The translations under genes were made by a program, and so were the position numbers. Positions 19,613 to 28,122 of a stretch of 64,000 nucleotides of DNA are shown piece by piece. How positions within the stretch are numbered: position 1 is the stretch's first letter; each line of letters starts with the position of its first letter. Origin of the DNA: an uncultured Flavobacteriaceae bacterium (GTDB taxonomy: Bacteria; Bacteroidota; Bacteroidia; Flavobacteriales; Flavobacteriaceae). Location of the stretch: the NCBI GenBank assembly GCA_938084555.1, contig CALKFR010000024.1, positions 1,824 to 65,823 of the forward strand, in the 5' to 3' direction. Under the pieces are notes generated by a model. The model saw nothing but the letters and a program-made list of their open reading frames with translations. It was not told the origin of the DNA and ran no database searches.

Positions 19613-20770
19613 TTATTCTAACCAAGATTTATGATATTCTTCATCAGCAATTTCCATTGCCGCTTCAGTTACTTTCAAGGGTTTAAATGTATCCACCATA
19701 ACAGCTAGCTCCTCTGTTTTTGTTTGACCTATGCTTCTTTCTGTAGCTCCTGGATGAGGCCCGTGAGGAATTCCAGCAGGATGTAATGAAATATGACCCG
19801 CCTCTATATTATTTCTACTCATAAAATCTCCATCTACGTAGTATATAACTTCATCAGAATCTATATTACTATGATTGTATGGAGCTGGAATTGATTCTGG
19901 ATGATAATCGTATAATCTGGGCACGAAACTGCAAACCACAAAAGCATCGGTTTCAAATGTTTGATGTACTGGAGGAGGTTGATGAATTCTACCTGTAATG
20001 GGTTCAAAATCGTGAATAGAAAATGCATACGGATAATTGTATCCATCATACCCCACCACGTCAAAAGGGTGTGATGCATAAACCATTTCTATGATTTCAT
20101 CTTGCTTTTTTACTTTGATAAGAAAATCTCCTTTTTCATGATGCGTTTCTAGTTCTTGGGGTCTACGAAGGTCTCGTTCACAATAGGGAGAATGCTCCAA
20201 CAATTGGCCAAACCAATTTCGATATCGTTTGGGCGTATAAATAGGACGATAAGATTCTACAATGAACAACCTGTTGTCTTTGGTTTCAAAATCTATTTGA
20301 TAAATAATTCCACGTGGAATTATGAGATAATCACCATATTTAAAGTCAAGATTTCCTAAATGAGTTCTTAATTTCCCTGAACCTCGGTGTATAAAAATTA
20401 ATTCATCAGCATCGGTATTCTTATAAAAATAATCTCTAAGAGAGTTTTTTGGAGATGCTAAAATGATATTACAATCTGAATTCGTTAAGACCGTTTTTCT
20501 ACTTTTTAAAAAATCATTTTCTTGAGGTACTTGAAAACCTTTGAAACGATACGATTTTATGTTATTTTCTTTAGCAATTTTAGGAGCTACAGAATATTGA
20601 TTTCTAATCTCTTTCACCATGGTGGGTCTGAACTCATGATATGAGTTGGTAGACATTCCGTCAAAACCGATGGTTCCAAAAAGTTGTTCGTAGTAAAGAT
20701 TTCCGTCTTCTTTTCTAAATTGAGTGTGTCTTTTGGGTGGAATTTTTCCGAGTTTATGATAAAAAGGCAT
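19613..20770 (-). CDS. hmgA: homogentisate 1,2-dioxygenase
   Basis: SHPFDVVG, HQPPPVH, PYNHSNIDSDE, HPAGIPHGP. Confidence 0.95.
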   Translation of the reverse strand: MPFYHKLGKIPPKRHTQFRKEDGNLYYEQLFGTIGFDGMSTNSYHEFRPTMVKEIRNQYSVAPKIAKENNIKSYRFKGFQVPQENDFLKSRKTVLTNSDCNIILASPKNSLRDYFYKNTDADELIFIHRGSGKLRTHLGNLDFKYGDYLIIPRGIIYQIDFETKDNRLFIVESYRPIYTPKRYRNWFGQLLEHSPYCERDLRRPQELETHHEKGDFLIKVKKQDEIIEMVYASHPFDVVGYDGYNYPYAFSIHDFEPITGRIHQPPPVHQTFETDAFVVCSFVPRLYDYHPESIPAPYNHSNIDSDEVIYYVDGDFMSRNNIEAGHISLHPAGIPHGPHPGATERSIGQTKTEELAVMVDTFKPLKVTEAAMEIADEEYHKSWLE

Positions 20771-20911
20771 ATTTATTTGATTTGATAATTAAACAAAATT
20801 TGAATTGACCAATATCAATCAGTTTACTCTGGATTTCTTTTGATGAGGTTTTTTAGTAAAATTAGTAACTCTAACCAATACATATTCAGGCATTTTAAAA
20901 ATGACGCATTA

Positions 20912-20919
20912 CAAATATA
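20912..20919 (-). promoter_or_regulatory. -7 promoter element of hmgA-hppD-kynA operon
   Basis: TATATTTG on - strand, about 140 nt upstream of the hmgA ATG. Confidence 0.7.
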
Positions 20920-20939
20920 ATTAAAAGTATGGATGAAGC

Positions 20940-21269
20940 TTAACTCTCAGGAGCTAATTCTATTTCTAATCCATCTAATTTAATGGTAATAGGTATTTGA
21001 CAACTTAGCCTACTGTTATCCTCTACATAAAAAGCCTCGGCTAGCATTAAATCTTCATCTGAGCTCATTTCAGGTAATTCATGATCAGATTTTATATAGC
21101 ATTGACAGGAAGCGCACATTGCCATACCGCCACAAACTCCAATAGTTCCCTCGGGAGCTAGTTCATGAGAGCGAACAAGTTCCATGATGTTCATAGCCAT
21201 ATCTGTAGGTGCTAAAACTTCATGAAGCGTTCCGTTTCTGTCTGTGATTTTAATAGTAATATCTGTCAC
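20940..21269 (-). CDS. fdx: 2Fe-2S ferredoxin (adrenodoxin-type)
   Basis: CGGMAMCASC...SRLSCQ; GTG start overlapping the upstream stop. Confidence 0.92.
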   Translation of the reverse strand: MTDITIKITDRNGTLHEVLAPTDMAMNIMELVRSHELAPEGTIGVCGGMAMCASCQCYIKSDHELPEMSSDEDLMLAEAFYVEDNSRLSCQIPITIKLDGLEIELAPES

Positions 21270-22324
21270 TACTCAATTTTTTTTACAACTGCTTTTGGAG
21301 CTTCTTTTTTTGTTCCATCAAAACCTTCAACACCTCCAACAGTAGTATACTTCATTACATATTTTTTGTTGGGATGAATTCTTTTGTAAGCACTCTGACA
21401 CATTAAGGTAGCTTCATGAAAGCCACATAAAATCAATTTTAATTTTCCAGGGTAGGTATTTACATCACCAATGGCATAAATACCGGGAATATTAGTTTGA
21501 TAATCTAAAGCATTGTTTACTTTGATGGCATTTTTTTCTATGTCTAATCCCCAGTTTGCGATAGGGCCAAGCTTGGGAGACAACCCAAACAAAGGAATAA
21601 AGTGGTCAACATCTAAAATAATTTCTTCTTCACCATTTTTTGTGATAGAGACCCCTGTTACTTTTTTATCGCCTAAAACCTCTGTAACTTCAGCAGGAGT
21701 AATCATATTAATTTTTCCTGCATTTTTCAATTCTTGAACTTTATCAACAGAATCTAAGGCTCCTCTAAATTCATTTCTTCTATGAACTAAAGTTACTTCA
21801 GCAGCAACATCGGTTAAAAAAATAGCCCAATCTAAAGCAGAATCTCCACCACCGGCGATAACAACTTTTTTATTTCTATACATTTCTGGATCACGAATGA
21901 TGTATTCAACACCACTGTCTTCAAAATTAGCAATGTTTGGGATGGGAGGTTTTCTAGGCTCAAAGCTCCCTAGTCCGCCAGCTATTGCTATAATTGGAGC
22001 ATGATGTTTTGTTCCTTTATTTGTAGTAACAATAAAAGTATCATCCTCTAGTTTTTCTATGGTTTCTGCACGTTCGCCTAGTGTAAAACCTGGCTGAAAT
22101 GAAGCTATTTGTTCTAATAATTTAGTGGTTAAATCTCCTGCTAAAATTTCAGGATATGCCGGTATATCATAAATTGGTTTTTTAGGATATATTTCTGAAC
22201 ATTGTCCTCCGGGTTGAGGTAATGCATCTATTAAGTGGCATTTTAATTTTAGTAACCCAGCTTCAAATACTGCAAAAAGTCCAGTAGGCCCTGCACCAAT
22301 TATTAAGATATCTGTTTTGATCAT
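21269..22324 (-). CDS. TrxB-like ferredoxin--NADP+ reductase
   Basis: GAGPTG, YPKKPIYDIP, GGGDSA, GIYAIGD; no CxxC active site. Confidence 0.9.
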   Translation of the reverse strand: MIKTDILIIGAGPTGLFAVFEAGLLKLKCHLIDALPQPGGQCSEIYPKKPIYDIPAYPEILAGDLTTKLLEQIASFQPGFTLGERAETIEKLEDDTFIVTTNKGTKHHAPIIAIAGGLGSFEPRKPPIPNIANFEDSGVEYIIRDPEMYRNKKVVIAGGGDSALDWAIFLTDVAAEVTLVHRRNEFRGALDSVDKVQELKNAGKINMITPAEVTEVLGDKKVTGVSITKNGEEEIILDVDHFIPLFGLSPKLGPIANWGLDIEKNAIKVNNALDYQTNIPGIYAIGDVNTYPGKLKLILCGFHEATLMCQSAYKRIHPNKKYVMKYTTVGGVEGFDGTKKEAPKAVVKKIE

Positions 22325-22375
22325 TTTTAAGTAAAAATCAAGTAAAAGATTTTAAACACTATTACTTTATGAAAG

Positions 22376-22612
22376 TTAATCAATATTAATAACTTGCTGA
22401 ATGTGAGGCGCATACTTCTTAATAGTAGCTTCAACACCATTTTTAAGTGTCATTTGATTTACGGAGCAACCAATACAAGCTCCCTCTAATTGTACCTTTA
22501 CAACTTCATTTTCTACAGATAGGAGTTTTATGTTTCCACCATCACTTTCTAAGAAAGGGCGAATTTCACTTAGTGCTTTTTCAACGTTTTCTAATGTTTC
22601 TTGTGTTGTCAT
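22376..22612 (-). CDS. NifU/NfuA C-terminal domain Fe-S carrier
   Basis: IRPFLESDGGNI...GACIGC. Confidence 0.92.
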   Translation of the reverse strand: MTTQETLENVEKALSEIRPFLESDGGNIKLLSVENEVVKVQLEGACIGCSVNQMTLKNGVEATIKKYAPHIQQVINID

Positions 22613-22616
22613 AAAC

Positions 22617-23759
22617 TTACTTTTTTACAGCGCTACACCCACTCATTGTTGTAATTCTTACAACTTCAGTTGGTGGTAAATTAGCATTTCTATTTAATAA
22701 TTCTGAAACCATTGCTTTGGTGATCTCAGTAAATGCCTTTTCTAATGATGTGTTTTCTTGTAATGCCACCGGATGGCCAACATCTCCAGACTCACGGATA
22801 CTCTGTACCAATGGAACTTCTCCCAAAAACTTGGTGGTAATATCCTCTGCTAAATGTTTCGCACCATCTTTTCCAAAGATATAATATTTATTGTCAGGGA
22901 GTTCTTCAGGAGTAAAATAAGCCATATTTTCAACGATTCCCAAAACAGGAACCTGAATGCTTTCTTGCTGAAACATAGCTACACCTTTTTTTGCATCAGC
23001 TAAAGCAATATTCTGAGGAGTACTTACAATTACAGCACCATTTATGGGCAATGCTTGAACTATAGATAAATGAACATCTCCTGTTCCTGGAGGCAAATCA
23101 ATCATTAAGAAATCTAATTCTCCCCAGTCTGCATCAAAAATTAATTGATTTAATGCTTTTGAAGCCATAGGGCCACGCCATATAACAGCTTGGTTAGGAT
23201 TAGTGAAAAACCCTAATGACAATAACTTTACACCGTAATTTTCTATAGGTTTCATTTTAGAACGACCATCAATATTTACCGAGATTGGTCTTTCTTTTTC
23301 TACATCAAACATTAAATGCATTGATGGACCGTAGATATCTGCATCTAAAACACCAACTTTAAACCCCATTTTGGCTAAACTAACAGCTGTGTTTGCTGTA
23401 ATTGTAGATTTTCCCACTCCGCCTTTGCCCGAGGCAACAGCAATAATATTTTGAATATTTGGAATTTTCTTTCCCTTTATAAGGTTTGAATCTTCTTCTT
23501 TTTTTTGAGCTGTAATAGTTTTAACATTTACTTTAACATCAATCTTTTCATCAACATGGGTATGGATTGCTTTTTTTATCTCTAGTTCAATTTTCTTTTT
23601 GGCTTGTAGCGCTGGATTGCTAATTGATACATCAACAATCACTTCATCTCCAAACACAACCAAGTTTGAAATATTTTTATTTTCAATAAGACTTTTCCCT
23701 TCACCAGGTTCAGTGATAGTTTCAAGTGCTTTGTAAATATCTTGCTTAGTAAAAGACAT
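22617..23759 (-). CDS. apbC: Mrp/NBP35/ApbC Fe-S cluster carrier ATPase
   Basis: SGKGGVGKST, DADIYGPS, WRGPM, DLPPGTGD, GIVENMA. Start MSFTKQ, with TATCTTTG promoter at 23787-23794. Confidence 0.93.
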   Translation of the reverse strand: MSFTKQDIYKALETITEPGEGKSLIENKNISNLVVFGDEVIVDVSISNPALQAKKKIELEIKKAIHTHVDEKIDVKVNVKTITAQKKEEDSNLIKGKKIPNIQNIIAVASGKGGVGKSTITANTAVSLAKMGFKVGVLDADIYGPSMHLMFDVEKERPISVNIDGRSKMKPIENYGVKLLSLGFFTNPNQAVIWRGPMASKALNQLIFDADWGELDFLMIDLPPGTGDVHLSIVQALPINGAVIVSTPQNIALADAKKGVAMFQQESIQVPVLGIVENMAYFTPEELPDNKYYIFGKDGAKHLAEDITTKFLGEVPLVQSIRESGDVGHPVALQENTSLEKAFTEITKAMVSELLNRNANLPPTEVVRITTMSGCSAVKK

Positions 23760-23857
23760 ACTTTTTTTGTTGATTTTTCTAAAATGCAAAGATAGCGCTA
23801 AAGCTTTAGATAGAAAAGCATGAAAATTTCAAATATCTATTTAAAAATAATTGATAT

Positions 23858-24193
23858 TTATGAGAGTTCTTTAATTGGATCCCAAAAGACTTTTTCTAAT
23901 TCTTGAATTTGATTCTCTATCACAATTATTCCTTCATTTTCTAGTAATTGCTGCATGAGATTAGTGCCGCCAAAATGATGTTTTCCTGTAAGCATGCCTT
24001 TTCTGTTAACCACTCTGTGAGCAGGGACTTCTTTTAATAGGTTGTGTGAATTATTCATTGCCCATCCTACCATTCTTGCAGATTTGGCAGCCCCTAAATA
24101 CTTAGCAATACATCCATAAGTGGTAACTTTACCATAAGGGATTAAACGAACAACTTCATAAACTTTTTCGAAAAAGTTTTCAGATTCTTTCAT
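23858..24193 (-). CDS. alkyltransferase-like (ATL/MGMT family) DNA base-flipping protein
   Basis: IPYGKVTTYG, ARMVG, PAHRVV (Cys replaced by Ala). Confidence 0.88.
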   Translation of the reverse strand: MKESENFFEKVYEVVRLIPYGKVTTYGCIAKYLGAAKSARMVGWAMNNSHNLLKEVPAHRVVNRKGMLTGKHHFGGTNLMQQLLENEGIIVIENQIQELEKVFWDPIKELS

Positions 24194-24254
24194 AGATGAA
24201 AGATAGTAAAAATGATTATTTTTCTTGGAATATTGTAAGTAGAAAAAATGGGAA

Positions 24255-24926
24255 TTAGAAATTCAATCTAAACTTAATGTAGGTTATTGCTTTTCCTTTT
24301 TCTAAGTATTTTTTTTCGTAGAAAGTTTGTGTTCCTGTTACTTCCTCAGGCGAATAGTAGTCTTTGTAAACATCGTGATTAGCGTGCAAAATTTCATGAC
24401 CTTCTCCATGAAGTAACCCCAAAGTATAGCCGTGCATAAATTCACTATCTGTTTTTAGGTTTATCTCTCCGTTTTCTTTTAAAATATCGTTGTATTTTAA
24501 AAGAAAATCATGATTTGTCATCCTATGCTTGGTTCGCTTGTATTTTATTTGAGGATCTGGAAATGTAATCCATATTTCATCCACTTCACCCTTATCAAAA
24601 ATATAATCTATCAATTCTATTTGTGTTCTAACAAAAGCAACATTAGTTAGCTTATTTTCCAAAGCAGTTTTAGCACCTCTCCAGAAACGAGCCCCTTTTA
24701 TATCAATGCCAATAAAGTTTTTATCTGGATTTTTTTCTGCTAATGCAATAGTGTATTCACCTTTGCCACAACCTAATTCAATACTGATGGGATTATTATT
24801 ATTAAAAAAAGAATGCCATTTTCCTTGATAAGTAAAGTTATTAAGAACTTCATCTCTCATTGGCTGAATGACATTAGGAAACGTTTCGTTTTCATGAAAA
24901 CGTTTCAATTTATTTTTACTTCCCAA
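24255..24926 (-). CDS. trmB: tRNA (guanosine-46-N7)-methyltransferase
   Basis: ELGCGKG, FPDPQ, LKTD, TFYE motifs; TTG start. Confidence 0.95.
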   Translation of the reverse strand: MGSKNKLKRFHENETFPNVIQPMRDEVLNNFTYQGKWHSFFNNNNPISIELGCGKGEYTIALAEKNPDKNFIGIDIKGARFWRGAKTALENKLTNVAFVRTQIELIDYIFDKGEVDEIWITFPDPQIKYKRTKHRMTNHDFLLKYNDILKENGEINLKTDSEFMHGYTLGLLHGEGHEILHANHDVYKDYYSPEEVTGTQTFYEKKYLEKGKAITYIKFRLNF

Positions 24927-24938
24927 AATAGTTTTTAA

Positions 24939-25157
24939 TTAAGCACGATCTTCAGTCCCTTCTTTGATGAATCTTCTAGATTCTTTCATCCAGTATGCCA
25001 AAAGAACTAATAAAACACCTAAGAAAAACCAATTCACAGCATTTGCTATCCACCAACCAAAATCTTCTTGTGCAAGGGAACGAATACTATTAAAGGGTAA
25101 GAACAACACATCTGTGAATAATTCTCCAATCCATTTGAAAATATTGAATGCTATCAT
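24939..25157 (-). CDS. small membrane protein (DUF6341-like)
   Basis: 72 aa, WWIANAVNWFF plus a TM helix; resembles a Flavobacteria-conserved small protein. Confidence 0.7.
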   Translation of the reverse strand: MIAFNIFKWIGELFTDVLFLPFNSIRSLAQEDFGWWIANAVNWFFLGVLLVLLAYWMKESRRFIKEGTEDRA

Positions 25158-25199
25158 AACTTAAAGTATATTTACGGTGCAAAAATATAAAAACTAAGT

Positions 25200-26126
25200 A
25201 TGTTAGCCAATTTTTTTGGGAAATCAAATCCAGTAAATTTTATTGTGATTTTTTCTATTTTTTTAGCATTTTTTTTTACACATAGCATTTCCTCAAATGA
25301 CTTAACCACCTTAAATCTTAGTTTTGTTTTGGAACACATCTTAATGCTAATATTTTTTTTAGTGCTTTTCTTTTTTTATAATTTCATCTTATCAAAAAAT
25401 AAGTTAACCTTATACAATTCTTATGGATTTTTAATTTTTGTGCTACTATTTGGGTTTTTCCCAGCTGCAATGTCTAGTTGGGATGAATTATTTTTAAATA
25501 TTTTAGTTTTAGTATATTTAAGAAGAGTGTATAGTTTAAGAAGTAGCAAAGACTTTTACAAGAAAACATTTGATAGCGGATTTTGGCTAGGAATCCTTTT
25601 TCTATTAGCTCCAAAAACTATTCTTTTTGGAATATTATTATTCTTATCGATATGGTTATTTCAAAAAATAAATTTTAGAACACTTTTAATTCCATGTCTA
25701 GGATTTTTATCCCCAGTAATATGTTATGCTACCTATTGTTTTTGGTATAATCAGATGGAAGAATTTATGGCATCATTTTTTTGGTATGCTAATTACAATT
25801 TTGAACTATTTACAGATAGATCCATTTTAATATCATTAATATTAATGGGGGTATTATTAATGATTTCAATACTAGTTAAAACTCCAAAAGTTATTTCAAT
25901 TAGTGGTAATTATAGAAAATATTGGATTCTAATTATTTTTAATCTTTTTTTAGCGATTACTGTTCTTGTGATTCAAAACACACTTAATGAATCTCAATTA
26001 CTGTTACTTTTTTTTCCAATTTCTATAATTTTAACGAATTGGTTGGAAAGTATACAAAAACCTTTTATTAAGAATATTATTATAGTATTATTATTAGTTG
26101 CCCCAATTATTCTTTTCATAATTTAG
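25200..26126 (+). CDS. polytopic membrane protein (DUF6427-like)
   Basis: MLANFFGKSNP start, about 9-10 TM helices, FDSGFW. Confidence 0.72.
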   Translation: MLANFFGKSNPVNFIVIFSIFLAFFFTHSISSNDLTTLNLSFVLEHILMLIFFLVLFFFYNFILSKNKLTLYNSYGFLIFVLLFGFFPAAMSSWDELFLNILVLVYLRRVYSLRSSKDFYKKTFDSGFWLGILFLLAPKTILFGILLFLSIWLFQKINFRTLLIPCLGFLSPVICYATYCFWYNQMEEFMASFFWYANYNFELFTDRSILISLILMGVLLMISILVKTPKVISISGNYRKYWILIIFNLFLAITVLVIQNTLNESQLLLLFFPISIILTNWLESIQKPFIKNIIIVLLLVAPIILFII

Positions 26127-26769
26127 ACCCATAAGAAAGATCTCCAGCATCACCCAACCCCGGAACAATATATCCTTTTTCATTTAGCGTTGAATCAATA
26201 TCAGCGATCCACAACTCTGTATTTTTCGGAAAATATTTTCTAATATGTTTCACCCCAAATTCAGACCCAATAACAGAAACAATATGAATTTTTTTTGGGA
26301 CCCCATACTTTTTAATTGCCTCATATACAGTGACCATTGATTTCCCAGTTGCCAGCATAGGATCTGCAATAATTAAAGTTTTTTCTTCTAAAGCAGGAGT
26401 TGCAAAATACTCGATCTTAACATCAAAATTAGTCTCATTTATCGTGTGGTTTCTATATGCTGAGATAAATGCATTTTCAGCAGTGTCAAAATAATTTAAA
26501 ATTCCTTGGTGAAGGGGGAGCCCAGCTCTTAGAATAGAACAAATCACCAAATCATTGTGAATTACGTTTAAGTTTTTCTCTCCTAATACAGTAAATATTT
26601 TTTCTTCAGAATAGCTAAGTTCCTTACTTAATTCATAAGATAAAATTTCTCCAATACGTTCTATATTCCTTCTAAAACGCATACTATCTTTTTGAATTTT
26701 TTTGTCTCTTATTTCTTTTATGAAAGTATTTAAAACTGAATTTACTTTTGATAAATGATGTACAACCAT
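26116..26769 (-). CDS. upp: uracil phosphoribosyltransferase
   Basis: SILRAG, DPMLATG, YIVPGLGDAGD. Confidence 0.96.
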   Translation of the reverse strand: MVVHHLSKVNSVLNTFIKEIRDKKIQKDSMRFRRNIERIGEILSYELSKELSYSEEKIFTVLGEKNLNVIHNDLVICSILRAGLPLHQGILNYFDTAENAFISAYRNHTINETNFDVKIEYFATPALEEKTLIIADPMLATGKSMVTVYEAIKKYGVPKKIHIVSVIGSEFGVKHIRKYFPKNTELWIADIDSTLNEKGYIVPGLGDAGDLSYGSKL

Positions 26770-26894
26770 ATTTGATATTTTAGTTTTAAAAAAAAAGTAT
26801 TTTATTTAAATTTTTGTATATTTAATTTTATTAGCCAATTCATAAATTAAAAAATTATGATAACCCGCTAAGAATTTAACAACCAAACACCAAT

Positions 26895-26921
26895 AAAAGA
26901 GTCTTTAAGGGCTCTTTTTTT
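26895..26921 (+). terminator. plus-strand intrinsic terminator with no annotated plus-strand gene
   Basis: aaaagagtct-ttaa-gggctctttt with two G-U pairs valid only on + strand, ending in a 7-T run. Confidence 0.7.
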
Positions 26922-27957
26922 ATTTGCTTAAAATACTCATAATTTTTTCTATTACTCTGTTTGGAGATATACTATCCATTGCATTTTCATATCCATTAAT
27001 CACGTTATTTCCATAAATTGAGCAGGGTATTTTAGGAAATTTTTTAAGATCTGAAACGATACAATAATCGTAGGGTTGCTGAAATGGCACAAAACCAGCA
27101 TAAGGATGTGTAACACCCCATAATGTGATTGTTTTTGTTTGTTGCATGGCTGCTAAATGTGCGTTTCCAGAATCCATAGCAACCATTAAATCTAATACAC
27201 TTATAACTTCTAATTCTTCTTTAAAGGAAAGTTTTCCAGCGAGACTAGTAACATTTTCATAAGAGTTTTCTATGGTATTTAAAATCTCTACTTCACGTTT
27301 CCCTCCACCAAAAAGAAATATTTTAAATCCTTTTGAATTTATTTCTTTAATAACTTTTTCCATTAAGTGAAGTGGGTACACCTTCGATTTATAGGCTGCA
27401 AAAGGAGCAATACCAATCCAAATACTCTCTTTTAATTTTGTATGTAAAGTGATTTTTTCAGACAACAATTTAGGCTTCAATGGTATTGGATTTGATAAAT
27501 TTACTGGAAATCCTAACTTTCCTAAAACATCTGCATATCGCTGATGCGAAGTTTTTAATTGTTTAAAAATCTTATTTTTTGTTCTGGTTAGTGCTTTTTT
27601 TTCTGCTCTTCCTTTGTCAATAGATGCACAAGGTTTTCCCTTAAAAATAAACAGAGTTTTTATTATTTTTGATCGTAACACATTGTGAAAATCAGCCACA
27701 TGTGTGATTTTTTCTTTTTTGAGTTCACGATAAAGTTTGTAGAGGCCTAATATCCCTTTATGTTTTGTGTCTACTTGTGCAGCAAAAAAAGAAACTTGAG
27801 GGATTTCATCAAAAAGAGGTTTAAAAAATGGCTTAGACACTACAGTTACTTTAAAATGAGGATATTGTTGGGTTAGTGCTCTAATTACTGGAACCGTCAT
27901 GGCAACATCTCCCATTGCTGAAAGTCTAATGATTAAAATATGTTTATGGCTAGACAC
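26920..27957 (-). CDS. glycosyltransferase family 9 (heptosyltransferase-like)
   Basis: IRLSAMGDV, DSGNAHLAA, TLWG; GTG start. Confidence 0.92.
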   Translation of the reverse strand: MSSHKHILIIRLSAMGDVAMTVPVIRALTQQYPHFKVTVVSKPFFKPLFDEIPQVSFFAAQVDTKHKGILGLYKLYRELKKEKITHVADFHNVLRSKIIKTLFIFKGKPCASIDKGRAEKKALTRTKNKIFKQLKTSHQRYADVLGKLGFPVNLSNPIPLKPKLLSEKITLHTKLKESIWIGIAPFAAYKSKVYPLHLMEKVIKEINSKGFKIFLFGGGKREVEILNTIENSYENVTSLAGKLSFKEELEVISVLDLMVAMDSGNAHLAAMQQTKTITLWGVTHPYAGFVPFQQPYDYCIVSDLKKFPKIPCSIYGNNVINGYENAMDSISPNRVIEKIMSILSK

Positions 27958-28092
27958 TAATATCTTTTAAATGTAAATGTAATCTTTTCGTCAGAATTAT
28001 TTTTCACAGTAAAAAGTATTATGGAATTATTTATATTTTAATTTCCAATCATTAAAGCAAGACATCTAAATAACAACAGGAAATTAAAAATG

Positions 28093-28100
28093 TATCTTTG
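28093..28100 (+). promoter_or_regulatory. -7 promoter element of yicC-gmk-nadD
   Basis: TATCTTTG 22 nt upstream of the ATG. Confidence 0.65.
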
Positions 28101-28122
28101 TAATCTATAAAAAAGATAATAA

